DNA of 24,224 bases. Origin: a virus (lineage: Duplodnaviria; Heunggongvirae; Uroviricota; Caudoviricetes). The notes below the pieces were generated by a model that was given only the letters and a program-made list of their open reading frames with translations, did no database searches and was not told the origin of the DNA. Location of the stretch: the IMG/VR virus record IMGVR_UViG_2548876940_000013, positions 1 to 24,224 of that record. One strand, given 5' to 3'. Shown in pieces: positions 7,796 through 15,414 of the stretch (positions are counted from its first letter, which is position 1; each line of letters starts with the position of its first letter). The position numbers were made by a program, and so were the translations under genes.

Positions 7796-8283
7796 TACGC
7801 CCCCACGTAATTCCCTGACAGATACCACTCATCACTCGATACAGCGCGCTTGCTGCTTTTCCGTAAACACTGCTCACGACGCGCCAGAAAATTGTTTCGT
7901 TCTGGCTGGGAGTGGCTTTCACGGAATGCCGCCATCCACACCGTTGCAGCACGACGGTATAAGCCCCTTGACTCCAGTTCTTCAGCCTGGCGGGTCAGGC
8001 ACAAAATCACCCGGGGATCGTTAGTGCCGACATAGAAATTGCGCACAGGTCTGGTTTCACGAACTGGTTGTGGTTCCGGCTCCTGCGCTCTCTCAGTCAG
8101 GCGCGGGAAATGTCTGCGTGTATCTCCTTCACAACGGTGAGCCACACGCCCACTCTGACGTAACTTGCTTGCTGACTGCAGAACGCGCTGCCGTGAGTAA
8201 CCTGCAAAAGCATCCGCAATGTCTCCGGAAGTACACCCCGGATGGGCTTCAATGAATTTCTGAACTTCATTCAAAAGACTCAT
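7795..8283 (-). CDS. Hypothetical regulatory protein with a PerC-like C-terminal motif
   Basis: C-terminal GLYRRAATVWMAAF resembles the PerC-family signature as recalled. ATG at 8283 with SD aggggg. Confidence 0.4.
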   Translation of the reverse strand: MSLLNEVQKFIEAHPGCTSGDIADAFAGYSRQRVLQSASKLRQSGRVAHRCEGDTRRHFPRLTERAQEPEPQPVRETRPVRNFYVGTNDPRVILCLTRQAEELESRGLYRRAATVWMAAFRESHSQPERNNFLARREQCLRKSSKRAVSSDEWYLSGNYVGA

Positions 8284-8285
8284 AA

Positions 8286-9227
8286 TCACCCCCTGAATCC
8301 TGCCGGGATCTGGCTGTAGTCCACGTTGTCGTAACTGGCTTTGAAGTACGGGTCTTCACGTTTTTCTGTGTGCGTGCTGACGGACGGCGATAAGCGCAGG
8401 GAAAGCTCATCCCATTTTTCCCGCAACTTCGACGGGCTGAGCACGTTACGGCACCAGAACGGATCGCGGCTGACGCGGCTGTACATCTCGCAGATTTGTT
8501 TGTGAGTACGACCATCCTGCACACACATCAGGCGAATTTCGTTTGCCCAGGCTGTCCAGTTAGGTTCTTTGGGACGAACCACCTCGCCGTCACATTCGGC
8601 GGCCTGCTCGTACAGGGCGATGATTTTTTTCCAGAGCCACTGTGCGCAGGTCAAATCATCCTGCGTTCCCCACTGGCGCTTTTTAGGGCTGAATACAACC
8701 GCATCAGGATGGCGAGTTAAAAAATCCTGTTCATCCATCTGCGTGTCCGGTTGCGAAGCGTCCGGACGAGAAGGTTTTTTATCTGATGGATCATGTTTTG
8801 ATTTTACTGACGGATCCCCGCCAGATTCTGACGGGTGAAAACCCGCTTTTTTGCCAGATTTCGACGCATCAAATTTTGACGGGTCAGATTTTGATGCGTC
8901 AGATTTTGACGGGTCAGAATCTGACAGTTGAGAAAATGCCGCTGCCTGAAGCTTCGCAACGTTAAGCTGATAAACATTCGACGCATTGCGGTTACCCTGG
9001 CGACGCGCCTTACGCGTTAACCAGCCTTCTGCTTCCAGCCGTGCGATAGCCGTTCTGACGGTACTCATCCCCGCGCCAATCTGACGGGCAATGGTTTCAA
9101 TTGATGGCCAGCACACACCTTCGTCATTACTGAAATCAGCCAGGCGGGCCATAATTGCCACGCTGGATAACTTCATGCCTGATGCAGCGCAACCATCCCA
9201 TACATAGCCGGTTAATTTAGTGCTCAT
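8286..9227 (-). CDS. Phage replication initiation protein (winged-helix N-terminus, iteron-encoded linker, DnaT-like C-terminus)
   Basis: N-terminal HTH (WPSIETIARQIGAGMSTVRTAIARLEAEGWL). Central low-complexity repeat SDPSKSDASKSDPSKFDASK encoded by the iterons. C-terminal end SQIPAGFRG resembles the E. coli DnaT C-terminus as recalled. Confidence 0.7.
   Translation of the reverse strand: MSTKLTGYVWDGCAASGMKLSSVAIMARLADFSNDEGVCWPSIETIARQIGAGMSTVRTAIARLEAEGWLTRKARRQGNRNASNVYQLNVAKLQAAAFSQLSDSDPSKSDASKSDPSKFDASKSGKKAGFHPSESGGDPSVKSKHDPSDKKPSRPDASQPDTQMDEQDFLTRHPDAVVFSPKKRQWGTQDDLTCAQWLWKKIIALYEQAAECDGEVVRPKEPNWTAWANEIRLMCVQDGRTHKQICEMYSRVSRDPFWCRNVLSPSKLREKWDELSLRLSPSVSTHTEKREDPYFKASYDNVDYSQIPAGFRG
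8800..8927. repeat. Origin-of-replication iteron array inside the replication gene
   Basis: Seven copies of a roughly 15-bp unit (consensus agattttgacgggtc), four contiguous at 8871-8927 and three more at 8800-8870, with an adjacent AT-rich tract at 8771-8800. Confidence 0.7.
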
Positions 9228-9396
9228 GACCGACCTCTATTTCCCTGAATTTACGACGAAACTGTTCGAGCGGACTGAAGCATTCATGCTCATAACCTTC
9301 GCGGAGGTAGATAACCCGTTGTGTTTCCGGCTCCCAACGAATGACTCTGACGAGCACTCCGTAGTGATCTTTGAACCAGCGGTTAACTTGTCGCAA
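9217..9396 (-). CDS. Small hypothetical protein (59 aa, TTG start), alternative frame to the 9237-9575 ORF
   Basis: TTG at 9396 preceded by a strong SD aaggag with 8-nt spacing. Product ([40 protein letters not shown]...) looks protein-like. The stop overlaps the replication gene start. Confidence 0.3.
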   Translation of the reverse strand: MRQVNRWFKDHYGVLVRVIRWEPETQRVIYLREGYEHECFSPLEQFRRKFREIEVGHEH

Positions 9397-9575
9397 AGGA
9401 CTGTCTCCTTCTGCCGGTTGAAATCACCCACAGCCCACTCTGCAAAGCTGTGGGTTACAATTTCCCTGTCACCTGGTACATTCACTGCATAGCAATATTC
9501 CACCTTCGCTTTTCCACCCGGTACAGGAAGCGCAATCAGTTGCGAGCGACGGTAGTGTGTTGTTAAACTGTTCAT
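9237..9575 (-). CDS. Hypothetical protein (112-aa ORF; the C-terminal half looks low-complexity and may be the wrong frame)
   Basis: ATG at 9575 with SD ggagaaa, overlapping the upstream stop (ATGA). The N-terminal 55 aa look plausible; the Ser-rich remainder overlaps the better-looking 9217-9396 frame. Confidence 0.35.
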   Translation of the reverse strand: MNSLTTHYRRSQLIALPVPGGKAKVEYCYAVNVPGDREIVTHSFAEWAVGDFNRQKETVLCDKLTAGSKITTECSSESFVGSRKHNGLSTSAKVMSMNASVRSNSFVVNSGK

Positions 9576-10162
9576 GCGTTAGTTTCTCCACAACCAGAAG
9601 CAATCGACGCCACGACGCCCGGAGCTGCACACTCGCGGGCGTCATTACTTTCTGAAATGCAAAAAATTTTGTAGACAAGTGCTGCATGCTCCTGCAGCTT
9701 CGAAATTGAGAGATACAGCTCGTCGTTAATTGCTGTCTTCTCATGCGGTTCCACTACGCCGTCTTCGATTGCTGAACGAATCTGTTTTGAATAACTGCCG
9801 ATCTGTTCAATGACTTCCAGCAGACGCTGGTTAATATCGGCGTTGTCCACATCCTCGACGTCAGGAAGAGACACAAAGACGCCATTTGCAGACTGCGCCA
9901 CAGCATCAGCAATGAAGTGAGTGCCACCAGCACGCTGTAAAACCATTGCCCATCCCAGCGGGAAAATCTGATCGCCATCTGCACGAAGGCGGTTGAATAA
10001 AGCGTTCTCTGTTACATCCAGCCAGTCAGCGGCTTCAGCGTAACCCCCCGGCAACGCCGCGATAGTTTTTCTGACAGCTTTCACGTACCACTCAGGCTGT
10101 TTTTCTATTTTCCAGTGATGCTTACCCACGGCTATCTCCTTAAAACTGTGGTTACTTTTCAT
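9572..10162 (-). CDS. Hypothetical early regulatory protein (CII/YdaT-position)
   Basis: Occupies the slot after the cro-like gene. The track start (TTG 10234) overlaps the cro-like gene, so the ATG at 10162 is preferred. No motif recognised. Confidence 0.4.
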   Translation of the reverse strand: MKSNHSFKEIAVGKHHWKIEKQPEWYVKAVRKTIAALPGGYAEAADWLDVTENALFNRLRADGDQIFPLGWAMVLQRAGGTHFIADAVAQSANGVFVSLPDVEDVDNADINQRLLEVIEQIGSYSKQIRSAIEDGVVEPHEKTAINDELYLSISKLQEHAALVYKIFCISESNDARECAAPGVVASIASGCGETNA

Positions 10163-10400
10163 CTGATGAATCTTTAATCTTTTGAAAAATATCTGGACGT
10201 AATTTTTCTTTTGATATGCCAGTGGTCTTTTCAATGAATATCGAGAGCTTTGCAGGGGGACGCTTTTCTCTGTTCAACCAGTTCCAGACATGTTGTTGCT
10301 TTACTAAATGACCGCTGCTGGCTGTGAGCTTCCGAGCCAATTCTGATTGACCACCAGCCAGAGCGATTGCCTCCGATAAGGCTAATTGCTCAGGTGTCAT
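10152..10400 (-). CDS. Cro/YdaS-like HTH regulator
   Basis: 82 aa with the HTH ALAGGQSELARKLTASSGHLVKQQHVWNW. Strong SD aaggagaaa. Divergent from the CI-like repressor across an operator-containing spacer. Confidence 0.7.
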   Translation of the reverse strand: MTPEQLALSEAIALAGGQSELARKLTASSGHLVKQQHVWNWLNREKRPPAKLSIFIEKTTGISKEKLRPDIFQKIKDSSDEK

Positions 10401-10535
10401 AGCTTTCTCCTTTTTTGGTAGTTAAGTTGTTACGAGCTGCAAGAATACAACATTAACAACTTTTACCACAACTTTTAGGTGTTGGAAAGCTAAAACATAA
10501 AGTTGTAACCTCATCAAAAAAGAGAGGGATATGTT
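10401..10535. promoter_or_regulatory. OR-like divergent promoter/operator region between the cro-like and CI-like genes
   Basis: 135-bp spacer with repeated acaactttt units and the inverted copy aaagttgt (caacttttaccacaacttttaggtgttgg ... cataaagttgtaacc). Confidence 0.5.
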
Positions 10536-11222
10536 GTGAAAACACTGGCAGAACGATTAAAGATAGGTAGAGAGAAAGCTGGCATGAGCCAAGCTCAACT
10601 AGCTGAAAAAATTGGACTTTCACAACAATCTGTAGCCAAAATAGAGAATGGCGAAACTCTACAACCGCGCAAAATTAAAGAAATTGCAAAAGTTTTAGGT
10701 GTATCACAAAAGTGGTTACAACTTGGTATTGAAGACAACGCATCCATACCTGATCTTGTTGTAAAAGAAGCAGAAAGCACCGCATTAGACCCCGATATTT
10801 TCGTAAACATTCCTGTTTTAGATGTCGAGTTATCGGCAGGTAACGGATGTCTGGCTGAAATAGTTGAATCAGCTATTGACTGGTTTCCGTTAAGAAGAGC
10901 AGATTTGAGAAAATCTGGCGTATGTGCATCTAATGCCAAGATCGTACAAATATGGGGGAACAGTTTATTACCGGTTCTCAATAATGGAGATCTTGTTGCC
11001 GTTGATATTTCTCAAACCGTTCCTATTCGTGATGGCGATCTTTATGCCGTACGAGATGGTGTATTGCTAAGGGTTAAAATACTTATCAACTTACCTGACG
11101 GTGGCTTGATTCTTAGAAGCTTCAACAAAGATGAGTACCCAGATGAAATACTCACCTTTGAAGATAGACGAGCCAGAATTCATGTTATAGGTAGGGTATT
11201 CTGGTCATCGCGAACTTGGTAA
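10536..11222 (+). CDS. CI-like prophage repressor (XRE-type HTH plus S24 LexA-like peptidase domain)
   Basis: N-terminal HTH (MSQAQLAEKIGLSQQSVAKIENGE) and C-terminal S24 fold with Ser (GNSLLPV) and Lys (LRVKIL) in the expected places. GTG start with SD agagaggg. Confidence 0.85.
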   Translation: MKTLAERLKIGREKAGMSQAQLAEKIGLSQQSVAKIENGETLQPRKIKEIAKVLGVSQKWLQLGIEDNASIPDLVVKEAESTALDPDIFVNIPVLDVELSAGNGCLAEIVESAIDWFPLRRADLRKSGVCASNAKIVQIWGNSLLPVLNNGDLVAVDISQTVPIRDGDLYAVRDGVLLRVKILINLPDGGLILRSFNKDEYPDEILTFEDRRARIHVIGRVFWSSRTW

Positions 11223-12095
11223 TGCATCGAAAAGCATTTCTTCAGAAATAATTTTAAGTTTTGCACCATTATCATCCCTATAAGATATAGCCTTTTCGAT
11301 CTTCCTTCCGTGACTAGAGAATTTCCAATCACGGGAGGAAAGCGTCCCAATTACTAAAAAATCCAACTTTTGAGTAATTCCACTACTGATGTTCCCACCA
11401 GCATTTTTAATCAAATTTTCAACTACGGCTCTCTTTCCTGCAACAAAAGTGCCTGTAAGACAATAGGTTTTACCCTCTAACTCTATCGAAGCCCCTACAT
11501 CAATAGGCAGCCTGGTCGCCAAACCATCCACCACCCCACTTTCCAAGTCACATCCTGTGAAGTCTACTAATGCCTTATGTAGAGTTAAACTCTCATCTTC
11601 AGTAATAACACCATCTTTAAGAATTTCCTTTACAAGTGCATAAAGTTTTTTTCCTGGGTAGTTGTTCTTCAAAGCTCCATTTTGCTCAAGCCACCAATTA
11701 AGATATCTTATTTCTTCTTGAGTTAAGTTCCGATCAGCAATTAATCCTTTACATAGTCCATTAAGTAAATGGACATCTACATCCTTGGAGTAAAAATCAA
11801 TTTCAGGGATATCAAGAATTTCCCTCTGTATTTGGAGAAGACTATTTTTAAGGTCATCACGTTCTTCTGATGTGATTATTCCATCCACAAGAATATCCGA
11901 CACCCGTGCAGATAGACTTTTTATAACTCCATTATTGATAATCTGCTTTGCTTCAAGTAACCATGTATCTAAGTAAAGAACCTCCTCTTCACGGACAACT
12001 CCATCTGCAATGATTCCATCAATGATGCTAATCAAGTTAGCAAATAACTTGTCCCGGTTCTGTGTGTAATTAAAAGCGTAAAGCGCGTCTTCCAT
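11205..12095 (-). CDS. TerB-like-repeat / BRCT-domain protein in the immunity region (candidate exclusion/defence factor)
   Basis: C-terminal BRCT signature GKTYCLTGTFVAGKRAVVENLIKNAGGNISSGITQKLDFLVIGT...KLKIISEEMLFDAL, as in the LigA BRCT. N-terminus has four repeats of about 38 aa with the motif [IL]xDG[IV][IV]TxEE. ATG at 12095 with SD aaggagg; track start is GTG 12125. Confidence 0.7.
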   Translation of the reverse strand: MEDALYAFNYTQNRDKLFANLISIIDGIIADGVVREEEVLYLDTWLLEAKQIINNGVIKSLSARVSDILVDGIITSEERDDLKNSLLQIQREILDIPEIDFYSKDVDVHLLNGLCKGLIADRNLTQEEIRYLNWWLEQNGALKNNYPGKKLYALVKEILKDGVITEDESLTLHKALVDFTGCDLESGVVDGLATRLPIDVGASIELEGKTYCLTGTFVAGKRAVVENLIKNAGGNISSGITQKLDFLVIGTLSSRDWKFSSHGRKIEKAISYRDDNGAKLKIISEEMLFDALPSSR

Positions 12096-12300
12096 ACAAC
12101 CTCCTTTTTTTGATAATCCTTGCACTCCTTGGCTACTCGTTCAAACCACATAAAGTTGTTGACAACATTCAAAACCACAACTAAATTACAACTTAAAGGT
12201 GTTAAGACAACGAACAGGCAGGACGCCCACGAAGTAGCCGCTTGGGGCATATGAAGTCCAGGATGATTCGTTGAGTCATGTTGTGCCACTAGGCACTCAT
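12096..12300. promoter_or_regulatory. OL-like operator/promoter region (candidate pL driving + strand early-left genes, with a divergent promoter for the BRCT gene)
   Basis: Contains the near-palindrome aaagttgttgacaac and the motif acaacttaaaggtgtt, which match the units in the cro/cI spacer. Confidence 0.4.
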
Positions 12301-12319
12301 GTTAAAGCAGGTGTATGAA

Positions 12320-12595
12320 ATGAAAGTCCAGATTTTAAACAATAACTGTGAAGTCGTTTGGTCATACGACATAGCCGCCCCTGTAGATCAGAGCGGCGAT
12401 AGCTGGACCAATGGGAAACATCAGATTATGGCTGGAGTTGTGTTCTCTTTACGCCGTGCTTTGGAACAGGCTGAAGTATTTCCATCAGACCCTGAATGGA
12501 AATGGCCTTTTTCTATTTGTCCAAATTCGGAGAGCACATTTCAGAAAATTGGTCAGAAAGTCGCACTCGAAGAGCATCAGCCAACTGTTTCCTGA
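12320..12595 (+). CDS. Hypothetical early-left protein
   Basis: ATG at 12320 with SD aggtg; the track start at 12299 has no SD. The 3-prime end overlaps a - strand ORF, so one of the two may be spurious. Confidence 0.4.
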   Translation: MKVQILNNNCEVVWSYDIAAPVDQSGDSWTNGKHQIMAGVVFSLRRALEQAEVFPSDPEWKWPFSICPNSESTFQKIGQKVALEEHQPTVS

Positions 12596-12758
12596 TTTTT
12601 TCAGGTAACTCGTCGGCATCGCAGAAACAACAACGCTCGATCATGTTGAAAGCCGATTCGTAGAACTGTTTCTGCTGAGTGTCGCTGAGACAGGAAAAGA
12701 GCGACGTTACGATGATTTTATTAATTGCATTATCAAATTCTTTTTCATCAAAAGTCAT
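12513..12758 (-). CDS. Hypothetical small protein
   Basis: 81-aa ORF with SD aaggaaa before the ATG. Product looks protein-like (acidic, Cys motif CCFCDADE). Confidence 0.35.
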   Translation of the reverse strand: MTFDEKEFDNAINKIIVTSLFSCLSDTQQKQFYESAFNMIERCCFCDADELPEKIRKQLADALRVRLSDQFSEMCSPNLDK

Positions 12759-13011
12759 TTGATTTTCCTTTTATGTATACGGGCTTAAAAGGATACCACC
12801 GAGCCTGAAGTGGTGAAAAGACAGGCACATAACAGCTAAGTATTTTCAACCAAAGAGAATCCTTAGCGTTGTGGTGAATGCGGCTCAGCGCACGCGGGTT
12901 AAGGTTGAGGCTGACAGTCGACCTTCTGTGGATACCCACCCGCCTGGTGTGCAACCTTCGCCAGGCACCGGGAGGCACCCGGCACCACAACTTTATGCTG
13001 TGTGTAGTCTT

Positions 13012-13068
13012 GGCGGTACCAGCTTGTACCCTTGCTTCCGGCTGGTACCGTCCTTTTTACAAAACAGA
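13012..13068 (+). terminator. Strong hairpin with a downstream T-run (candidate early-left terminator/attenuator)
   Basis: 10-bp stem cggtaccagc / gctggtaccg around a 17-nt loop, followed by tcc-ttttt. Lies in a GC-rich stretch with no convincing ORF. Confidence 0.4.
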
Positions 13069-13195
13069 GAAGAGCATCACCGGACGACGGGCTCATAACC
13101 CAATCCATCCGGGCGGCGGCCACCACAAGTGTTCTTCTCTGTTTTGTGGAGAAACTAATAGGCCTTGCAGGGTCGATATGATGAGGAGCAGCAAA

Positions 13196-13558
13196 ATGGC
13201 TAGCGAACGCAGTACTGATGTACAGGCATTTATCGGGGAGCTGGACGGCGGCGTATTTGAAACCAAAATCGGCGCAGTTCTCAGTGAAGTCGCTTCCGGT
13301 GTGATGAACACGAAAACCAAAGGTAAGGTCTCGCTCAACCTGGAAATTGAACCATTTGATGAGAACCGTGTGAAAATCAAACACAAACTCTCATATGTTC
13401 GCCCGACTAACCGCGGGAAAATTTCCGAAGAAGACACTACCGAAACGCCGATGTATGTCAATCGCGGTGGTCGCCTGACTATTCTGCAGGAAGACCAGGG
13501 ACAATTACTGACTCTTGCCGGTGAACCTGACGGAAAACTCCGCGCAGCAGGTCGTTAA
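13196..13558 (+). CDS. YfdP-like phage protein (120 aa)
   Basis: ATG at 13196 with SD gaggag. The longer track ORF from 12878 runs through the structured leader and is not credible. Size and position upstream of YfdQ/YfdR-like genes match the CPS-53 arrangement as recalled. Confidence 0.55.
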   Translation: MASERSTDVQAFIGELDGGVFETKIGAVLSEVASGVMNTKTKGKVSLNLEIEPFDENRVKIKHKLSYVRPTNRGKISEEDTTETPMYVNRGGRLTILQEDQGQLLTLAGEPDGKLRAAGR

Positions 13559-13623
13559 TATCGTTCTTAATAAACTGATTATTTATCTCATCACTGAATA
13601 TCTTTGTATAGTGAGGACTTATT

Positions 13624-14448
13624 ATGTCTCAGAACTTAGACGCAACCGCAATTAATCAAATCCATGCCCTTATTTCTGCTCAGGGTGTTAATGAAATTAT
13701 CAGTAAGATTGGTGCCGACGCAGTGGCGTTACCTGAAAATTTCCGCATTCATGATCTGGAAAAATTTAATTTAAATCGCTTCCGTTTCCGTGGCGCGCTT
13801 TCCACTGCCAGCATCGATGACTTTACCCGTTATTCTAAAGATCTTGCAGATGAGGGCACCCGCTGCTTTATCGATGCTGATAATATGCGTGCCGTCAGTG
13901 TGCTTAACCTGGGTACTATTGATGAACCAGGTCACGCAGATAACACCGCCACTCTCAAACTGAAAAAGACAGCACCGTTCTCTGCTCTGTTGTCTGTTAA
14001 TGGCGAGCGTAACCCCCAGAAATCACTGGCAGAATGGATTGAAGACTGGGCCGACTACCTTGTGGGCTTTGATGTTAATGGTGACATCATTCAGGCAACA
14101 AAAGCGGCTGCGGCGGTCCGTAAAATCACGATTGAAGCAAACCAGACCGCTGATTTTGAAGATAATGACTTCAGCGGAAAACGCTCCCTGATGGAGTCTG
14201 TCGAAGCGAAGACCAAAGACATTATGCCAGTGGCATTTGAATTTAAATGCGTTCCGTTTGAAGGCCTGAAAGAACGTCCGTTTAAATTACGCCTCAGCAT
14301 TATCACTGGCGATCGTCCTGTACTGGTACTACGCATTATTCAGTTGGAAGCAGTGCAGGAGGAAATGGCTAACGAATTTCGTGATCTGCTTGTTGAGAAA
14401 TTCAAAGACAGCAAAGTAGAAACCTTTATTGGTACTTTCACCGCCTGA
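13624..14448 (+). CDS. YfdQ-like (DUF2303) phage protein
   Basis: 274-aa ORF with SD gagg. Length and neighbours match CPS-53 yfdQ as recalled. Confidence 0.6.
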   Translation: MSQNLDATAINQIHALISAQGVNEIISKIGADAVALPENFRIHDLEKFNLNRFRFRGALSTASIDDFTRYSKDLADEGTRCFIDADNMRAVSVLNLGTIDEPGHADNTATLKLKKTAPFSALLSVNGERNPQKSLAEWIEDWADYLVGFDVNGDIIQATKAAAAVRKITIEANQTADFEDNDFSGKRSLMESVEAKTKDIMPVAFEFKCVPFEGLKERPFKLRLSIITGDRPVLVLRIIQLEAVQEEMANEFRDLLVEKFKDSKVETFIGTFTA

Positions 14449-14460
14449 TTTCATTACTGC

Positions 14461-14483
14461 AAATGCCCCTGCGGGGGCATTTG
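14461..14483 (+). other. Hairpin downstream of the YfdQ-like gene
   Basis: aaatgcccc-tgc-gggggcattt, a 9-bp stem with no clear U-tract. Confidence 0.3.
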
Positions 14484-14576
14484 TGGAAACGTAATTGACT
14501 CAATAATCGCCTGATGGCGAGGGTTTTCTTTAACCAAAATTCAGCGCGGTGCAGCGCATATAACGTGGAGAACAAA

Positions 14577-15113
14577 ATGTCATTTATTAAAACTTTTTCC
14601 GGGAAGCATTTTTATTATGACAGGATAAATAAAGACGACATCGTTATTAACGATATCGCGGTTTCCCTTTCAAATATCTGTCGCTTTGCAGGACATCTTT
14701 CACACTTCTACAGCGTCGCCCAACATGCGGTGCTTTGCAGCCAGCTGGTACCGCAGGAATTTGCTTTTGAAGCGTTAATGCATGATGCAACAGAAGCGTA
14801 TTGTCAGGACATCCCCGCTCCACTGAAACGCCTTCTTCCTGACTATAAACGGATGGAAGAAAAAATAGACGCCGTAATCCGTGAGAAATACGAGTTACCC
14901 CAGGTTATGAGTACGCCTGTGAAATATGCCGATCTCATCATGCTGGCAACCGAACGCCGCGATCTCGAGCTAGATGATGGCTCTTTCTGGCCTGTACTGG
15001 AAGGTATCCCGGCAACAGAGATGTTCAAAGTTATTCCTCTAGCTCCTGGCCATGCCTACGGGCTGTTTATGGAGCGTTTTAAAGAGCTGCATAAGATACA
15101 TAAGCAATCCTGA
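14577..15113 (+). CDS. HD-domain phosphohydrolase (YfdR-like 5-prime-deoxynucleotidase)
   Basis: HD-domain metal-binding pattern (H...HD within SVAQHAV ... LMHDATEAY). ATG at 14577 with SD gtggag gives 178 aa; the track start at 14514 is upstream. Confidence 0.75.
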   Translation: MSFIKTFSGKHFYYDRINKDDIVINDIAVSLSNICRFAGHLSHFYSVAQHAVLCSQLVPQEFAFEALMHDATEAYCQDIPAPLKRLLPDYKRMEEKIDAVIREKYELPQVMSTPVKYADLIMLATERRDLELDDGSFWPVLEGIPATEMFKVIPLAPGHAYGLFMERFKELHKIHKQS

Positions 15114-15168
15114 CAGCGAAATTAACTAGTGAAATAGTTTTGTAGCAAAAGAAATGAGGTTATCAAAA

Positions 15169-15414
15169 ATGCTTCAAATGCTGACACTTGAGGAATGGGC
15201 TGCGGAAAAATTTAGGAGTAATCCTCCAAGTGTGTCCACATTGCGCCGTTATGCTAAGCAGAATTTATTTTGTCCACCGGCAATGAAACAAGGTCGACTA
15301 TGGCGAGTGCGTGAGGACGCAGAGTTAGTTGGGGAATTAGTTACCCCTGTCATCAAGAAAAGTGATTCTATTATTCTACAAAGGATTTTAAGTAATGGCA
15401 GCCAGACCACGTAA
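15169..15414 (+). CDS. xis: Excisionase (lambda Xis-like)
   Basis: MLTLEEWAAEKFRSNPPSVSTLRRYAKQNLFCPPAMKQGRLWRVRED parallels lambda Xis (MYLTLQEWNARQRRPRSLETVRRWVRECRIFPPPVKDGREY). The 3-prime end overlaps the int start. Start could be 15154, 15169 or 15178. Confidence 0.75.
   Translation: MLQMLTLEEWAAEKFRSNPPSVSTLRRYAKQNLFCPPAMKQGRLWRVREDAELVGELVTPVIKKSDSIILQRILSNGSQTT

Noticed and set aside
7243-8035. Several + strand ORFs (7243-7551, 7301-7495, 7499-7786, 7850-8035) and the - strand ORF 7527-7952
   Set aside because: They overlap the well-supported RusA, LexA-like and PerC-like genes in other frames or antisense. Their composition is Arg/Gly/Cys-rich and they lack ribosome-binding sites.
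8800-8927. Short tandem repeats that could be mistaken for a CRISPR array
   Set aside because: The units are 15 bp and mostly contiguous with no unique spacers, they lie inside a replication-protein ORF, and there are no cas genes. They are ori iterons.
10595-10981. - strand ORF (128 aa) inside the CI-like repressor gene
   Set aside because: It is antisense to a gene with clear HTH and S24 domains and has no SD. Spurious.
11205-12095. EF-hand calcium-binding loops in the four N-terminal repeats
   Set aside because: The DG...EE spacing fits the 12-residue EF-hand loop only partly (positions 1 and 3 are hydrophobic in most repeats). TerB-like is the better description and is still tentative.
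12878-13558. Long + strand ORF (226 aa) from the track start, plus antisense - strand ORFs 12899-13384 and 13093-13461
   Set aside because: The first 100 codons run through a GC-rich hairpin-rich region with Arg/Pro/Gly-rich translation and no SD. A 120-aa gene starting at the SD-preceded ATG at 13196 is more credible. The antisense ORFs are typical GC-rich artefacts.
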